Source: Octopus sinensis (Eukaryota). From it: a stretch of DNA of 64,000 nt. Within the stretch, counting starts at the first letter, position 1. Each line of letters starts with the position of its first letter. Both the position numbers and the translations under genes were made by a program. Below the pieces are notes generated by a model. That model had not been told where the DNA came from. It saw only the letters and a program-made list of their open reading frames with translations, and did no database searches. Location: positions 133,486,001 through 133,550,000 of the forward strand of contig NC_042998.1 in the NCBI RefSeq assembly GCF_006345805.1. Direction: 5' to 3'. Shown piece by piece: positions 1 to 11,949 of this stretch.

Positions 1-1225
1 CGAAAGCATAATAAAATGTATGAAGAGGAACGCCTTCTTCCATAATAGCGAAAACTGTCTAATGAAACAATCAATTTATACTAAGTAAGAACATATATTA
101 TATTACTATACTACAACATAAGGGACATATAAAATAACCCAAAAGGATATATCCAAGGACATTAATATTGAAGCAAAATATTTAACGACCAAACTCTGCA
201 TACACAATACGGCTAACGATGTAGCCAAGAAAAATAGATTTATTACACTCAGTTACCTTCAGCAACACGACAAATTATAGATTAATTAGGCCTGCAAAAG
301 GTTTAACTGGGTCAGTAAAAAATTTAACTCATGGAGAAAGCACCACAGATCTGAGAAACTCGTTCAAAGAAATTCAGCATAAAAGTAGCTACAGATTTAT
401 CTAATTTAACAGTATAGATTTTTAACCATCTACTACGAAAATCTCTTTGAAAGCCCACATATTTCACATCAAAGCAGACAATAATAATATAAAACAAGTT
501 CGGTATTCTAAGTGGTCTTTCTAATTTAGCAAGAGCAAGTACCGGATCAAGAAGAAATCATAGTGAAGAGTGCCGTGTATCCATGAGTAAACACGACAGA
601 GAACAGGGAGTGAACTCGCAACCTATTTCCCCAAGGTGAAGTAGAAAAAAAACATACACAAAATTACTGTGGGTTTGCATAGAGACGACAGTACGTAACT
701 TTCTAGGAGCCGTTACACTCTGGAAAAAAAAAACATCGACATTTTTTCATCACATAACAATAGAATCCTCTAACACCTTACAAAAATTTTACAAAATCAA
801 AACAAAGTGATGTATGCATCTATCAGAACATCGAGTTACAGTCATTCCACAGACAGTGCATGGTTCTTTAATTGCATGGACCTTTAATTGCATGGACCTT
901 TAATTCTTTACATTTTTGCAACCATATCGAGCAAATGCAATGCACAATACTACGTGTCTTGCATCAATTTGACCGAAAATACTTTATAGAGCAAAAATAC
1001 ACCAAAAATACTACTCGCTCTTTTAGCATATCTAGGGAAAGAAAGATGAGTCTGACTCAAAGACGTTAGAGATTCTCTCTGGCACTGTTGAGAAACAATT
1101 TAACATGTCGTTATTCAAGCAATTCATGTTTACCTGAGAAATACTCTGTGATAACCGCATTACGAAAGCAATGAATAGAAACATTTAGTTCAAAGTGCAG
1201 ACACGACACGAATTTCTATTAGCCC
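1..1225 (+). mobile_element. Degenerate Penelope-like retroelement fragment (RT remnant plus GIY-YIG C-terminus), continues off the window's left edge
   Basis: Broken frames give FITL..FSNTTNYRLIRPAK near 240-300 (PLE motif ITLKDHK..F...RLINPAK) and SCLPEKY / ETFSSKCRH near 1120-1205 (CL.EK and SKCRH C-terminal motifs). The same motifs occur in the PLEs at 40.6-44.4 kb. Confidence 0.65.
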
Positions 1226-1491
1226 ATTTTACGCAAGGAAGCAAACAAATGTGGACATTACATAACACGCCTTCTTTTCTTTTCCTTCAAAAACTGCGAG
1301 GGAACTACTAGGAAACTAGCTGAAGATCGATTGTTCAATTTCCTGTAGACTAGTTTTAAACCATGACAAGGAAGAAGCAACGTACTGTACTACATATATA
1401 CAGGTGTGTATAAGTGCACATCGGTGTATGTACCTGTATTCTGATATATACATGTGTGTATATATGTATGTATGTATAAATAGATATATGC

Positions 1492-1534
<43 letters not shown>

Positions 1535-1564
1535 AATACACACATTAATACATGTATATATATA

Positions 1565-1638
<74 letters not shown>

Positions 1639-2113
1639 TAATACATGCATACATGAAAGCTTACATATAGAGCATAGATAGAATTGCTAACTTACATCCC
1701 TGTATTCCATAAGGTTGTTTGAGTCTTTGCATGAATTTCGATAAATCATTCTATGAGCTAATACATGCTAGTGTTTACATACATACACACATACATACAT
1801 ATACATATATACATGTACGTATATAAATATATGTGTGTGTATTCATGTATGTATATGTATGCGTATATACGTAAGTGTATTTATTTCCGTGTATGTGTGG
1901 GATGAATATGTAATTGAAAACCTCGTATTTTAAATGTACATTCACAAAGTCCCTGTGTGCCCTTGCAAGGATAATGATGCAGGTGCATGCATAACAGTAT
2001 CCAGATGCATAAAATTATACATTTACACACACTCTCTCTTTCTTCCCTGCCACATACACACACCTGTGAGTGCGTGCGTATCAAAGTATATGTGTAAGTA
2101 TGTATATATATAT

Positions 2114-2181
<68 letters not shown>

Positions 2182-2689
2182 TGTATGTGAGTGAGTGTAT
2201 ACATATATATATATATATATATGCACATAGGGAGACAGACAGGTAGACAGAGAACAAAGAGTGAGAGTTTGTGGGTATATATGTCTCGGGTTTTGTCATG
2301 TATATTTATTTTCTGTGTACTCTTCACATTCTACATATGTGTAAATCTGTTTGCATGTATGTATAAACATATGTATGTATGTTTTTTATGTGACTTTGTA
2401 TTCGTGTCCATTGATTATACATGTCAACCAAATTTTATTTTCTCTTTGTTACACCATTTATGCTTTTAGCTTTTATTTCCTTTTTTTTTTCATTTATTGC
2501 TTATTTCTTGTTCGTATATTTGTTTCTTTATTTTTCTCCGTATTATGTTCTCACTACGTGGTGTTTTCTTTAATCACAACTGACACCGCAATGTCGTCCA
2601 TCATTGCAATTGCTGAATGCTGTAGACATTCACAAACCTATGTATTTTGGTCGTCTCTATATAGCATTTTATAGTATTTTTGTGTAGTT

Positions 2690-3233
2690 GCGTGTTGGTG
2701 GGGCGATGGTAGTTCTTACGTGTTACTGGTGTTGGTGAGTTGTTTTGGTGGTGGTGGTGGTGGTGGTGGTGGTGGTGGTGGTGGTGGTAGTAGTGATGGC
2801 AGTGGTGGTGATGTTGAAGTTATTTTGTCAGTTCTGCTGAAGGCATACCAACCATGACAATCCTGTCTTTTTTCTGTGTGCACTCCAGACAACACTGGCC
2901 AATGTGACATTTTCGAAACGATAAGCCGTGATTTGGACGGATTTGGTTGTTACTTCTTGCTGCAGAATTATTACGTAGAGACTGGAATGGGTAGCTGCTA
3001 TATGTTTCGTAATTGTTGTGATGGTGGAGAGGTTGGTGGTCAACATGATAGTGGTAGTGGTTGTGGTGGTGGTGGTGGTATAAGTGTGTTGATTTTGATG
3101 GTAGTTATAGTGGCTCTGGCGATGCTTGTGATGATAATGGTAGCATTGGCGGTGGTGATGGTCCTTGTGGTGCTGGTATTTCTAGTGGTGGTTCTGGTAG
3201 CAGAGGTTTTGAGGATAATGAGAATTCTTATAT

Positions 3234-3266
<33 letters not shown>

Positions 3267-3420
3267 TGGTGGTGGTGGTGCTGGTGGTGCTGGTGGTATT
3301 GGTGGTGGTGCTGGTGGTGGTAGTATTGGTGGTGGTGGTGGTGGTGATGCTGGTGCTGATAGTGGTAGTGCTGGTGCTGGTGGATGTGATAGTTCTGCCG
3401 ATGATATTTCTAAAATCATT
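2690..3420. repeat. Degenerate (GGT)n/(GAT)n trinucleotide low-complexity tract
   Basis: Pure (GGT)n at about 2747-2788 and 3235-3350, flanked by period-3 degenerate sequence. Confidence 0.8.
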
Positions 3421-3825
3421 TAATAGATACAAGACTATCGAAAATTATGGAAACACCCAATTGCGAGTGTGGTGTCAGTTTGTTGACCACTTACTTCATT
3501 CAATTACTTTACATCTGTGAAAGGTCCCAGCTAGAATTATATGCAAGACTTCATAATAAAACTCTTTAATAATACCTTCTCAGCATGATTTCCGCACGGG
3601 ACGAAACTGCTTGACACATCTATTCCAGCAATACAATCAAATTCTATACAAAGTATTAGTCAAAAAATCAACAGTTGATTCTTTATTTTTTGATTATGCA
3701 AAACCCACCCCACTGAAAAAGTCGACCTAGGAGTTCTACATCAGAAATTAAAAGATGCCAGGACACCGCTGAAGTGGGACAGCTGTCAGATGGTAGCAGA
3801 CATCGGCGTTTTATATGAAAATCCA

Positions 3826-4518
3826 GATCTTTTCAATTTGATAGCCAGATTTTTTAATTAAATTTTTTTTAACTAACCACTTTGAAACTTCGGATACTGG
3901 TAGAATGCCTTGCATAGAACAGGATTTAGTTTTGACGTTTTTGACAAAAGTTTGTATTTTAGAAGTTATTTCGTGTTAAACTTGTCGTATTTGGATAATT
4001 TTGGCCAATCAATGACGTGTATTCAGCTGAAAAAAATTACTGCTGCTATTTGCGAACAACTTCCGGGTCCACTCCCCTAACAAAACCCTTCTTTAATAAC
4101 CAGAGATATTTTTATAGCAACATACGTTTGCTGTATCAGGGTTGATTTGAGGGTAAATAACAACAAAATTATTACTGAGACAGACCAACGACGGAGCCTG
4201 TATGTCATTGCATGACCTATGTTGCTATAAAAACATATCTGGTTATTAAAGAAGGGTTTTGTTAGGGGAGTGGTCCCGGAAGTTGTTGTTCGCAAACAGC
4301 AGCAGTAATTTTCTTCAGCTGAATACACGTCATTAATTGGTTAAAATTACTTAAATACGACAACTTTAACACGAAATAACTTCTAAAATACAAAATTTTT
4401 CAAAAAACGTTACGAATTAACCCTGTTCTATATGACACATTCTACCAGTATCCGTAGTTTTAAAGTGTTTAGTGAAAAAAAGTTAATTTAAAAATCTGGC
4501 CGTCAAATTGGAAAGATC
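3826..4518. mobile_element. Foldback/MITE-like element with ~300-bp inverted arms
   Basis: 3826-4124 is the reverse complement of 4218-4518 (e.g. caaaacccttctttaataaccag / ctggttattaaagaagggttttg), with a ~93-bp spacer and no coding capacity. Confidence 0.75.
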
Positions 4519-4590
4519 CAAAAAGATCCATAAAGTGGGGTGCAGCAATCAGTTGCTCTAAGACTACCTTTATTTCTTATAATGTTGTTA

Positions 4591-4930
4591 TAATAATAAT
4601 AACCCCTTCGGACGTGAATGACCATGGGATTGCACCTAGAAAGTTTCCCCCTCCTCTCCGAAGCACATCCGGGCAAAGTTGCTTATGGAAGCCATCAGTC
4701 TCCCATGCATACCAGCCTCCCCTCTCCACGCCACCGATGTTATTCAAGAGAAAAGCAGAGGCTGATATAGCTTGGCACCAGTGACGTCGCAACTCATTTC
4801 TATAGCTGAGTGAACTGGAGCAACGTGAAATAAAATGACTTGCGCAAGAACAAAACACACAGCTCGGTCCGGGAGTCGAACTCACTACCTCATGATTGTG
4901 AGCCCGATGCTCTAACCGCTGAGCCAACGT
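4591..4930 (-). mobile_element. tRNA-derived SINE with a CORE-like central domain
   Basis: Minus strand shows an A box (tggctcagcggttagagc), a B box (gagttcgactccc), then a ttgcgcaagtcattttatttc...tcagctatagaaatg CORE-like segment and a (TTA)n tail. Confidence 0.8.
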
Positions 4931-5417
4931 ACAATCGACTGCAATCAGTCGATAAAAAGACTGCGCTAAAATGATTCTGGAAAGCAAGAATAATTAAAAT
5001 ATCAGGAGAATTCATGAATATGAAGAAGACATACAACCAGAGAACGACCAATGACAAGTATTTCAACAATTCAAAATTCATTCCTGTAAGAAAACATTCT
5101 GTTCTAGAACGGGAAAGTATTTCATTTTGGGTGTAGTTACATTTGGAAATCTTTCTGCAAATACGTTCTTTGTTAGGCTACTGGTTGTGTACTCGGACTA
5201 TTTCCTGTATGAAACCCAGTGGAATGATAACATTCAATAAATTACTTTCATAGGATAGACAGGGTTACGAACCTTTGATCCCTTATGAGCTCAGATCTTG
5301 TCAAGCTGGGAAACTTTTCGAAGAAAAGCAATCGAAGTCAAGAATCTGAAATTCTAGGAACAGATTTATTCCCTTAAGTTTCTATGCCTAGTATGTCGAA
5401 AATAACATGAAGCTGAA

Positions 5418-5468
<51 letters not shown>

Positions 5469-5489
5469 CACCGCATATATATATTTGTA

Positions 5490-5690
5490 TATATAGGGAG
5501 AGTTTACGAAAAAAACAAAAGACGAAGACAGGTGGTGTACAAAACAAACAGATGTATTAGTATAACGCTCAAGAATGGAAAAAGTCTTTTACGTTTCGAG
5601 CCTACGCTCTTCTACAGAAAGGGACATAGGAAAAACAAGGAGAGAAAAAAATGTGTGCAGTGGCTAACGATCTATCATATATATAAATGT
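5490..5690 (-). mobile_element. PLE pLTR-like non-autonomous repeat with a near-intact hammerhead motif at 5586-5621
   Basis: Minus strand reads cttt-CTGTAGA-A-gagc gtag gctc-GAAA-CG-TA-aaag, next to a (TA)n run. Confidence 0.5.
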
Positions 5691-8195
5691 ATATATATAT
5701 ACAACTATCAATCTATCCATGTACGCATATTTATGATATTCATACATCTAAATGCACTTGTATGCGTATGTAAGTGTGTGTGTGTGTGTGTGTGCGTGTG
5801 TGTGCGTGTGTGTGTTTGGGTGTTTAAAGTTATTGAAGATCTAAGTACAAAAGTAGTGAAAAGAGAGAATTGTTCTCACAGTTCATTTCAAATCCTTTCG
5901 TATATTTTTTTTTGTTGCTGTTGTTATTATTGTTGTTGTCATCCCTAATAGTTTTTTATTGTTGTTTTTAACCATAACTGTTGTTATTATTGTTGTCATC
6001 CCTAATAGTTTTTTATTATTGTTTTTAACCATAACTGTTGTTATTGCAAAGAGTTTTACGAAGCAGGAATGAATTCGAATTTTCTTGCCTAATAGGATTT
6101 AGATTTTGTATGTATTTATGAATGATAGTATGCATACATGCATGTGTGTCTTCCTATATTTGAGTATATTTTTTTATGTGTGTTAGTGTGTGTGCGCATG
6201 TATATATATATGTGTGTGTGTGTGTGTGTACTTGCATGTATGTGTGTATGCGCGCGCACTCTTGTGTATATGACTTTTATTTTGGCAGTGAACATAAAAG
6301 TATTGCGTAACGTAATGTGATGCAGTTTAGTCTAGTAGCGCAATAACGTTTAAGAGTCATTCACTTCGGAACAAAACACCCTTTTTGTTAATGGTTAATG
6401 TTAGAGTCCTCTGTGAGGAAGATAATTTTAACATTTCATACGGATCATTTTATTCATTAAAATATATTTCTCCTCGTGATATTCTCGTATTATTCCTTTA
6501 TTTCCTTTTTTTAGAGCTTTATTGAACCGATTTTTGCCAACATCCATTTTTCTATTTCAATCTTCGTATTTTATTTTGCGTTTTGTGTTTCGTTTTTGTT
6601 TTTGCTTTGTTTTGTTTTGTTTTTGCTTCTTTTTTTTTTCATTAGAATAGTGTTTTATTATGTTTGAGTTGATCTTAGTGTTTTCATTTTTAAGGGTAAT
6701 GAATTGGAAGAGCGAAAGGGAAATGAAAGTTGGCAGATATGTTCGGAGCTTATAATCAAATGGTTTGCAGTTTTTCAAAACGGTATTTTACTTTCTAAGT
6801 TCAAATCTCACCCGATATTATATACATGATTTCCTCATTTTTTGTTTCTTTTATTTGATAGCCATCTCACAATCAGCCTGATTGTTCTCATTGACTATTA
6901 TCCTTACATGTGCACGGATATAACTTTTCTGACCATTCATTGACCTACGTGGTATTAAACATGTGATCTTGTGTCTGCACAGGATTAATTTCATTAGATT
7001 GTAGCAGTTGTTGCTGATGAACCTTGAGGTGGCATTTTAACCCAGGATTCGTGTTGCTTATCTTATTGCAGACCGAACGTGTAGCGGGACCTGGAGGCGC
7101 CGGCAGTGCTGTCACGTGATCTATTTGTGTTCGTTGGCTCGTTGATTCTCATTGACCATCAGGTGGTTTACACAGCCAGATCTGCTGAGAAGGACACGTC
7201 GGCAGATACTACAATTCCATTTATCTGTCTAATGTTTGCTCATTCTCATTTGCTTTGAGCTCTCTTTAGTTTTGCATACATCACTCTTTCTTCATTTAAG
7301 GTTTTAGATAATAACATAACCCTTCTTCTCGATCAAATTGAAGAACAAGGATTTTTAGTGAATAGTTAGATTTTTTTAGCGTACAGTTATGAGTTTCATG
7401 ATACCACCGGGAAAATAGGTGACTTTGACAAGAACGAAATAAAACAAAATCAAGATAAGGGTTTTGGAACAAGCTATCTGGCAGAGAGTGATTTTTAGTT
7501 TACTCTTAGAAATCTAAGAGCAAATTGACAGTTAAAGAAGAATTCTATAAAAGCGTTTATTTTTGCAGTGTATTCTTGGTTATCTGACGCTTTTAGTAAC
7601 ATTTAATGACTGTTATTTCCCTTTCAACAACAAGGAAACAGTCGCTTCTGCAGAGATCCCCTGTGAAATGAGTAAAACGTCCTACATTTTATTGATGACA
7701 TCTCTTTCTGGATATGCTCTTAAACTGGCTTACTTTCCTGAGTAAATATGAACACTAGGGTGGAGCGAAAAGTGAAACTTCCAAAATTGGTAATCTAGAA
7801 TCAATATTTCATTGCGCATTGGGTTAAAAGAAAGTTGTATAGAGAACTTTGCAGTTGAATAATTTTGTCAGGTACCGCAACGCAATTGAAAGTTTTTAAA
7901 TCGCTATTTTTGGTCGAATTTTGGATTTCATAGATTATAAGTCGTAAGAAATACATATTTTTACATAGCAGAATGCAAAGTAGAAAAATAGTATTTTTAA
8001 GAGATTGCATACCAAGTTTCAATATAATTAATAAATATCTTGAGATTCCGCATTGACTATAAAGAGAACGGGAGTGTAAACCTCTTTCCAGTGCCGCTGC
8101 AGCGATAGTTGTGTGTGAACTGAGTTATAAATTTGCAAGTGTTAGGATTAAATATGTATGTGATCAAGCATCATCGCATAACTAATATTCAACTG

Positions 8196-8598
8196 CACCC
8201 CGACTGGCATCATGCCGGTGGCACGTAAAAAGCACCATCCGTTTGTGGCCGTTGCCAGTGCCGCCCCGACTGGCCTCATGCTGGTGGCACGTAAAAAGCA
8301 CCATCAGTTCGTGGCCGTTGCCAGCCTCGCCTGGCCTCCGTGCAAGTGGCACATAAAAAGCACCATCCGATCGTGGCCGTTTGCCAGACTCGTCTGGTAC
8401 CTGTGCCGGTGGCACATAAAAAGCACCCACTACACTCATGGAGTGGTTGGCGTTAGGAAGGGCATCCAGCCGTAGAAACATTGCCAGGTCAAACTGGGCC
8501 TGGTGCAGCCTTCTGGCTTCCCAGACCCCAGTTGAACCGTCCAACCCATGCTAGTATGGAAAGCGGACGCTAAATGATGATGATGATGATGATGATGA
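8196..8598 (+). mobile_element. 5'-truncated SINE with internal ~62-bp tandem units and an RTE-type (GAT)n tail, nested in the hAT element
   Basis: Four copies of gtggcac(g/a)taaaaagcacc, then the 3' end ...aacccatgctagtatggaaagcggacgctaaatgatgatgatg. Confidence 0.75.
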
Positions 8599-9028
8599 CT
8601 CCCCAAAAATTACAGCCAAATATGATACATATTTATTTGTCTTTTATACCTAAGTGTGTGTTATGACCTATCCGGCAGAAAAACAGCAGTTTCAATCGTG
8701 GAGTAAATCATAATTTTAATAATAATATCAGCCTGATTGTTCTCATTGACCATTATTCTTACATGTGTGTGAAGGTGTGTGAAGTTTTCTACTTTCTACC
8801 TTGACTTAAGGCCATTGTATTAAAATTAACGCTCGCGTTAAATTTAGTGTTGTCGACATTTAGTGATGACTCTTAAGCCAATAACGTGTTTTATTTGAAC
8901 GAGAAAAAGAAAAGTATGTAGTTAAGAAAGATCCTTCAATTAAACAATTTGTCAAGATTGTAGCAGAAAAGATCATTCTTCCTTGGTAAAAGGCATCTAT
9001 CGCTTGTGTTACGATTGAATCAGTTAAA

Positions 9029-9379
9029 TTGAAAGACTTAAACTTTTACCAGAAGTACCATGAATTACTAAAATCAGTGAAAAATAGAAAAAAAAATGTG
9101 CCATTGTTTCAAACAAAGTGTAATGTGTTTTATAACAATGCAACAAAAGATTTATTTGACATTTCCTGTTGCACGTGCAACTCCTTTAAAAACTGCAGTT
9201 GTAGTAGAGACAAAAAAGTACTACAGAGAGAACAAGATTTTTTACAGGATCAATGGACAAATCGAAAAATGATGATTGGCGGAATAGATCAAGCATTATC
9301 TAAACAGAACGTTCAGAGGTTGATTAGAAAGAATCGGCCAGATTACAGTCGTCCTTCTACGTATTATTTAGTTGCATGA
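9029..9379 (+). pseudogene. DNA transposase N-terminal fragment (hATm-type Cys-rich motif)
   Basis: Translation LFDISCCTCNSFKNCSCSRDKKV...EQDFLQDQ..NRKMMIGGID matches, from memory, the LFDI..C.C...C.C...K.P..E..FL.DQR..R.M.IG..D transposase motif. It lies between the TIRs. Confidence 0.65.
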
Positions 9380-10437
9380 AATTATTTTAAATAAACCGGA
9401 AATGTTATTTTTATCACGAACATGTGTCAAGAATCAAATATTGTTTTGTTTTTTTTTTATTTTAATGTGTGAGTGATCTAGACCTCATTTAACACATATA
9501 TTCGGTGACCTAGTATTTAAAATAATAAAGAAAACAAAGTCAAAAAGTCTATTTATTTCATATAATTTTGAAGCCTCAAGATATAAATTTTAGAGCCTGA
9601 GATTTTAACACACTTGTTTTTAGAAGATTTTGCAAGCGAAAATTGATTCGTAACAATGAATGTAAAATAAAATGAGGAACAGTAAATGTGTTATAAATTG
9701 ATTTTTTGTTCATTATTCAAAATTTCAAGTGTGCTGCGGAGTCTGAAGATGTAAGTTTAAGAACTTTAGATTATAACACAGTTTTTTGTAAAGGATTTCG
9801 CAATAAAAAATATATTCCTAAAACATATTTCGAGAATCTGTGTAAAAATTACCTTTTTCACTCCACCCTAATGAACACGTTTTCAGCTTTAGGGTTACAC
9901 TGAGATCTACATTAACACGGTCGTGAATTCAGCGAAAGCACACATCTAATTTTATACTTCAAACTTTATAAACACCAGAACCCAACTTCTACCTTATAAT
10001 AAATACAACACATAAGTCAATTTTCATGTAATTTAAACAACATAATACTTATGCCCTTCCTTAGCAGTGAGAGTTCATATGTGTCCGATGAGAAAAAATG
10101 GAATATATTTCTAAATAAGTGTGATTCTTGATAAATATTCCTGCCAATCCTTCGCTATTATTTCAGAACATACTTGTAAATAGATATACGAAGTGAACGA
10201 CGCTACCTTTTATTTACATAGTTATATTGGTTTATATACTGTTTTTATCTATTTCTACGTTTTTCTATAGATTAGAAATCCTTCTTATTGTTACGATATA
10301 TCAACAAAATCAGACGTATATCAAGGAAATAGCCTTTTTAAAGGGCTAATATTCAATGTCTTCATTCTCCTTTTAATATAATCTTCCAACTATTATACTT
10401 ACACTCACACACGTGCACGCAAGCACATATTTGTATT

Positions 10438-10483
<46 letters not shown>

Positions 10484-10608
10484 AACTCTACATACTCCCA
10501 CCAGAGGTGTGTACTGTTACATTTTTGTGTTAATACATCAGCAAATATTCTCTGGTCGTGTATGTATGTGTGTGTGTGCATGTATACTTTATTTGCAATT
10601 GCACACAT

Positions 10609-10645
<37 letters not shown>

Positions 10646-10713
10646 ATATATATATATATGTGTGTGTGTGTATGTATGTATGTATGTATGTATGTACGTA
10701 TGTATGTATCATG

Positions 10714-10777
<64 letters not shown>

Positions 10778-11149
10778 TATTCAAACGCACATGTCCATAT
10801 ACTCAGAAAATATAAGCAAACAAAATGAAATAGCAAAATAACTAAACAAACAGAAATGTGTAGTATAAAGCCTCTTTCTTCTCTTATTTTTCCCCCTTTC
10901 AAATTTTTCTAACTAGATAGGGGTGTATGTTTTGTCAAATTTTAGCTCTTGCGAAGCACTATCAATACTCTATTATAACTATTTTTTGTTGCCATTGATT
11001 TATTTTACTTCTGCAATGACACATTCCACAAAAGCGACGTAGACAAATAACCTAACAGTTGGATTAAGATTTAGACATTTTTACATTTTCGATATGTGTG
11101 TGTGTGTGTAAATTGACATAATGAGATATAAAAAAAAACAAGGCAGTAA

Positions 11150-11850
11150 ATAGATTTCATAACATTTATCAAGAAAAGGTCTTACAGCTGTTTCCGGGAT
11201 ATTTTATATATCCCTTCATCAGAGACGGTGCGGGAAAATGCTTGAGTATTAATTATTGTAGAGGAGAAATGAAATACAGAGGGAAGTAAGAGAATGAATA
11301 TAGAAGAGAGATACATAAGGATCTTTTATTATTGAAGTAGAGTGATGTATATAAGTGGTGAAAAAAGTTATTGGATGAAGAAGTTTTCTTGTACCTGGTG
11401 TTCTAATGGTGGGTATATTCGGTCATTCAAAGCATAGAGTCTTGTAAACAGGTCGATTGAGTGGTTTTTTGGTGTGAATTAAAATGTGTTGATAGTGTTA
11501 ATGGATAGACAGAGAGGAGGGATGTGTATGATTAGAAAGAGGAGATAGGTCAAATTAAAAATAGGAAGAGAGAATGAGAGGAAAAAGAGAAGAAGCAAGA
11601 GGGAGGGAGACAAAAAGAAATAGAGAGAGGGAACCAAATGAGAGAGGATGTGTTAGCTAGTGGCCAGAATAAAGTGTTACAAGGAAGAGAGAGGTGAGAA
11701 GATAAGCATGGGGTGATATGTAAGTGGGTATTGGTTTTGATAGTAGAAATTGAGGTGGAATGAAGGATATAAAGGAGTCAAGTTGCTATAGACTTGTGTA
11801 ATAGGTTAATAGGAAAAGAAAGGAATAATGTATAATTGTGAATATCTATA
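11150..11850 (-). mobile_element. PLE-derived non-autonomous repeat (pLTR-like) containing a hammerhead
   Basis: Contains the HHR at 11179-11226 followed by purine-rich sequence on the + strand. Boundaries are approximate. Confidence 0.45.
11179..11226 (-). ncRNA. Type I minimal hammerhead ribozyme motif
   Basis: Minus strand reads gtct-CTGATGA-A-gggata tataaaa tatccc-G-GAAA-CAGCTG-TA-agac: stem I gtct/agac, 6-bp stem II, palindromic stem III and a GUA cleavage triplet. Confidence 0.7.
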
Positions 11851-11949
11851 CACACATACGTACCCACACATGGATATATACATATACGTACTTCAACACA
11901 TACAGATGCATACAAACTCATGTCTGTTCACGCGCATTCACACCGCTAC

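Larger units (their letters stand above)
7756..9870 (+). mobile_element. hAT-superfamily DNA transposon (hATm-like termini), internally deleted
   Basis: TIRs TAGGGTGGAGCGAAAA (7756) and TTTTCACTCCACCCTA (to 9870). Perfect 8-bp TSD ATGAACAC at 7748-7755 and 9871-9878. Transposase remnant at 9029-9379. Confidence 0.85.

Noticed and set aside
2876-3520. 214-aa ORF with a long Val/Leu hydrophobic stretch resembling a membrane protein
   Set aside because: The hydrophobic run is the GTG frame of a (GGT)n microsatellite.
4860-4930. tRNA-like sequence (also the heads at 19530-19607, 35451-35540 and others)
   Set aside because: No complete cloverleaf or acceptor stem, and each continues into a SINE body.
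5919-6045. Small local tandem duplications (also 860-908, 13040-13140, 49690-49770)
   Set aside because: Ordinary slippage duplications with no further structure.
7013-7040. CTGATGA followed by a small acc/ggt hairpin (also CTGATGA at about 56868 and 40655)
   Set aside because: No GAAA after the hairpin and no stem I/III. The 40655 hit lies in PLE coding sequence.
7753-7760. CACTA at the left end of the DNA transposon, suggesting an EnSpm/CACTA element
   Set aside because: CAC belongs to the 8-bp TSD (ATGAACAC). The true terminus is TAGGGTG, and an 8-bp TSD indicates hAT.
8200-8425. Four spaced repeats of gtggcac.taaaaagcacc resembling a CRISPR array
   Set aside because: The spacers are homologous to each other, the context is a eukaryotic SINE, and there are no cas genes.
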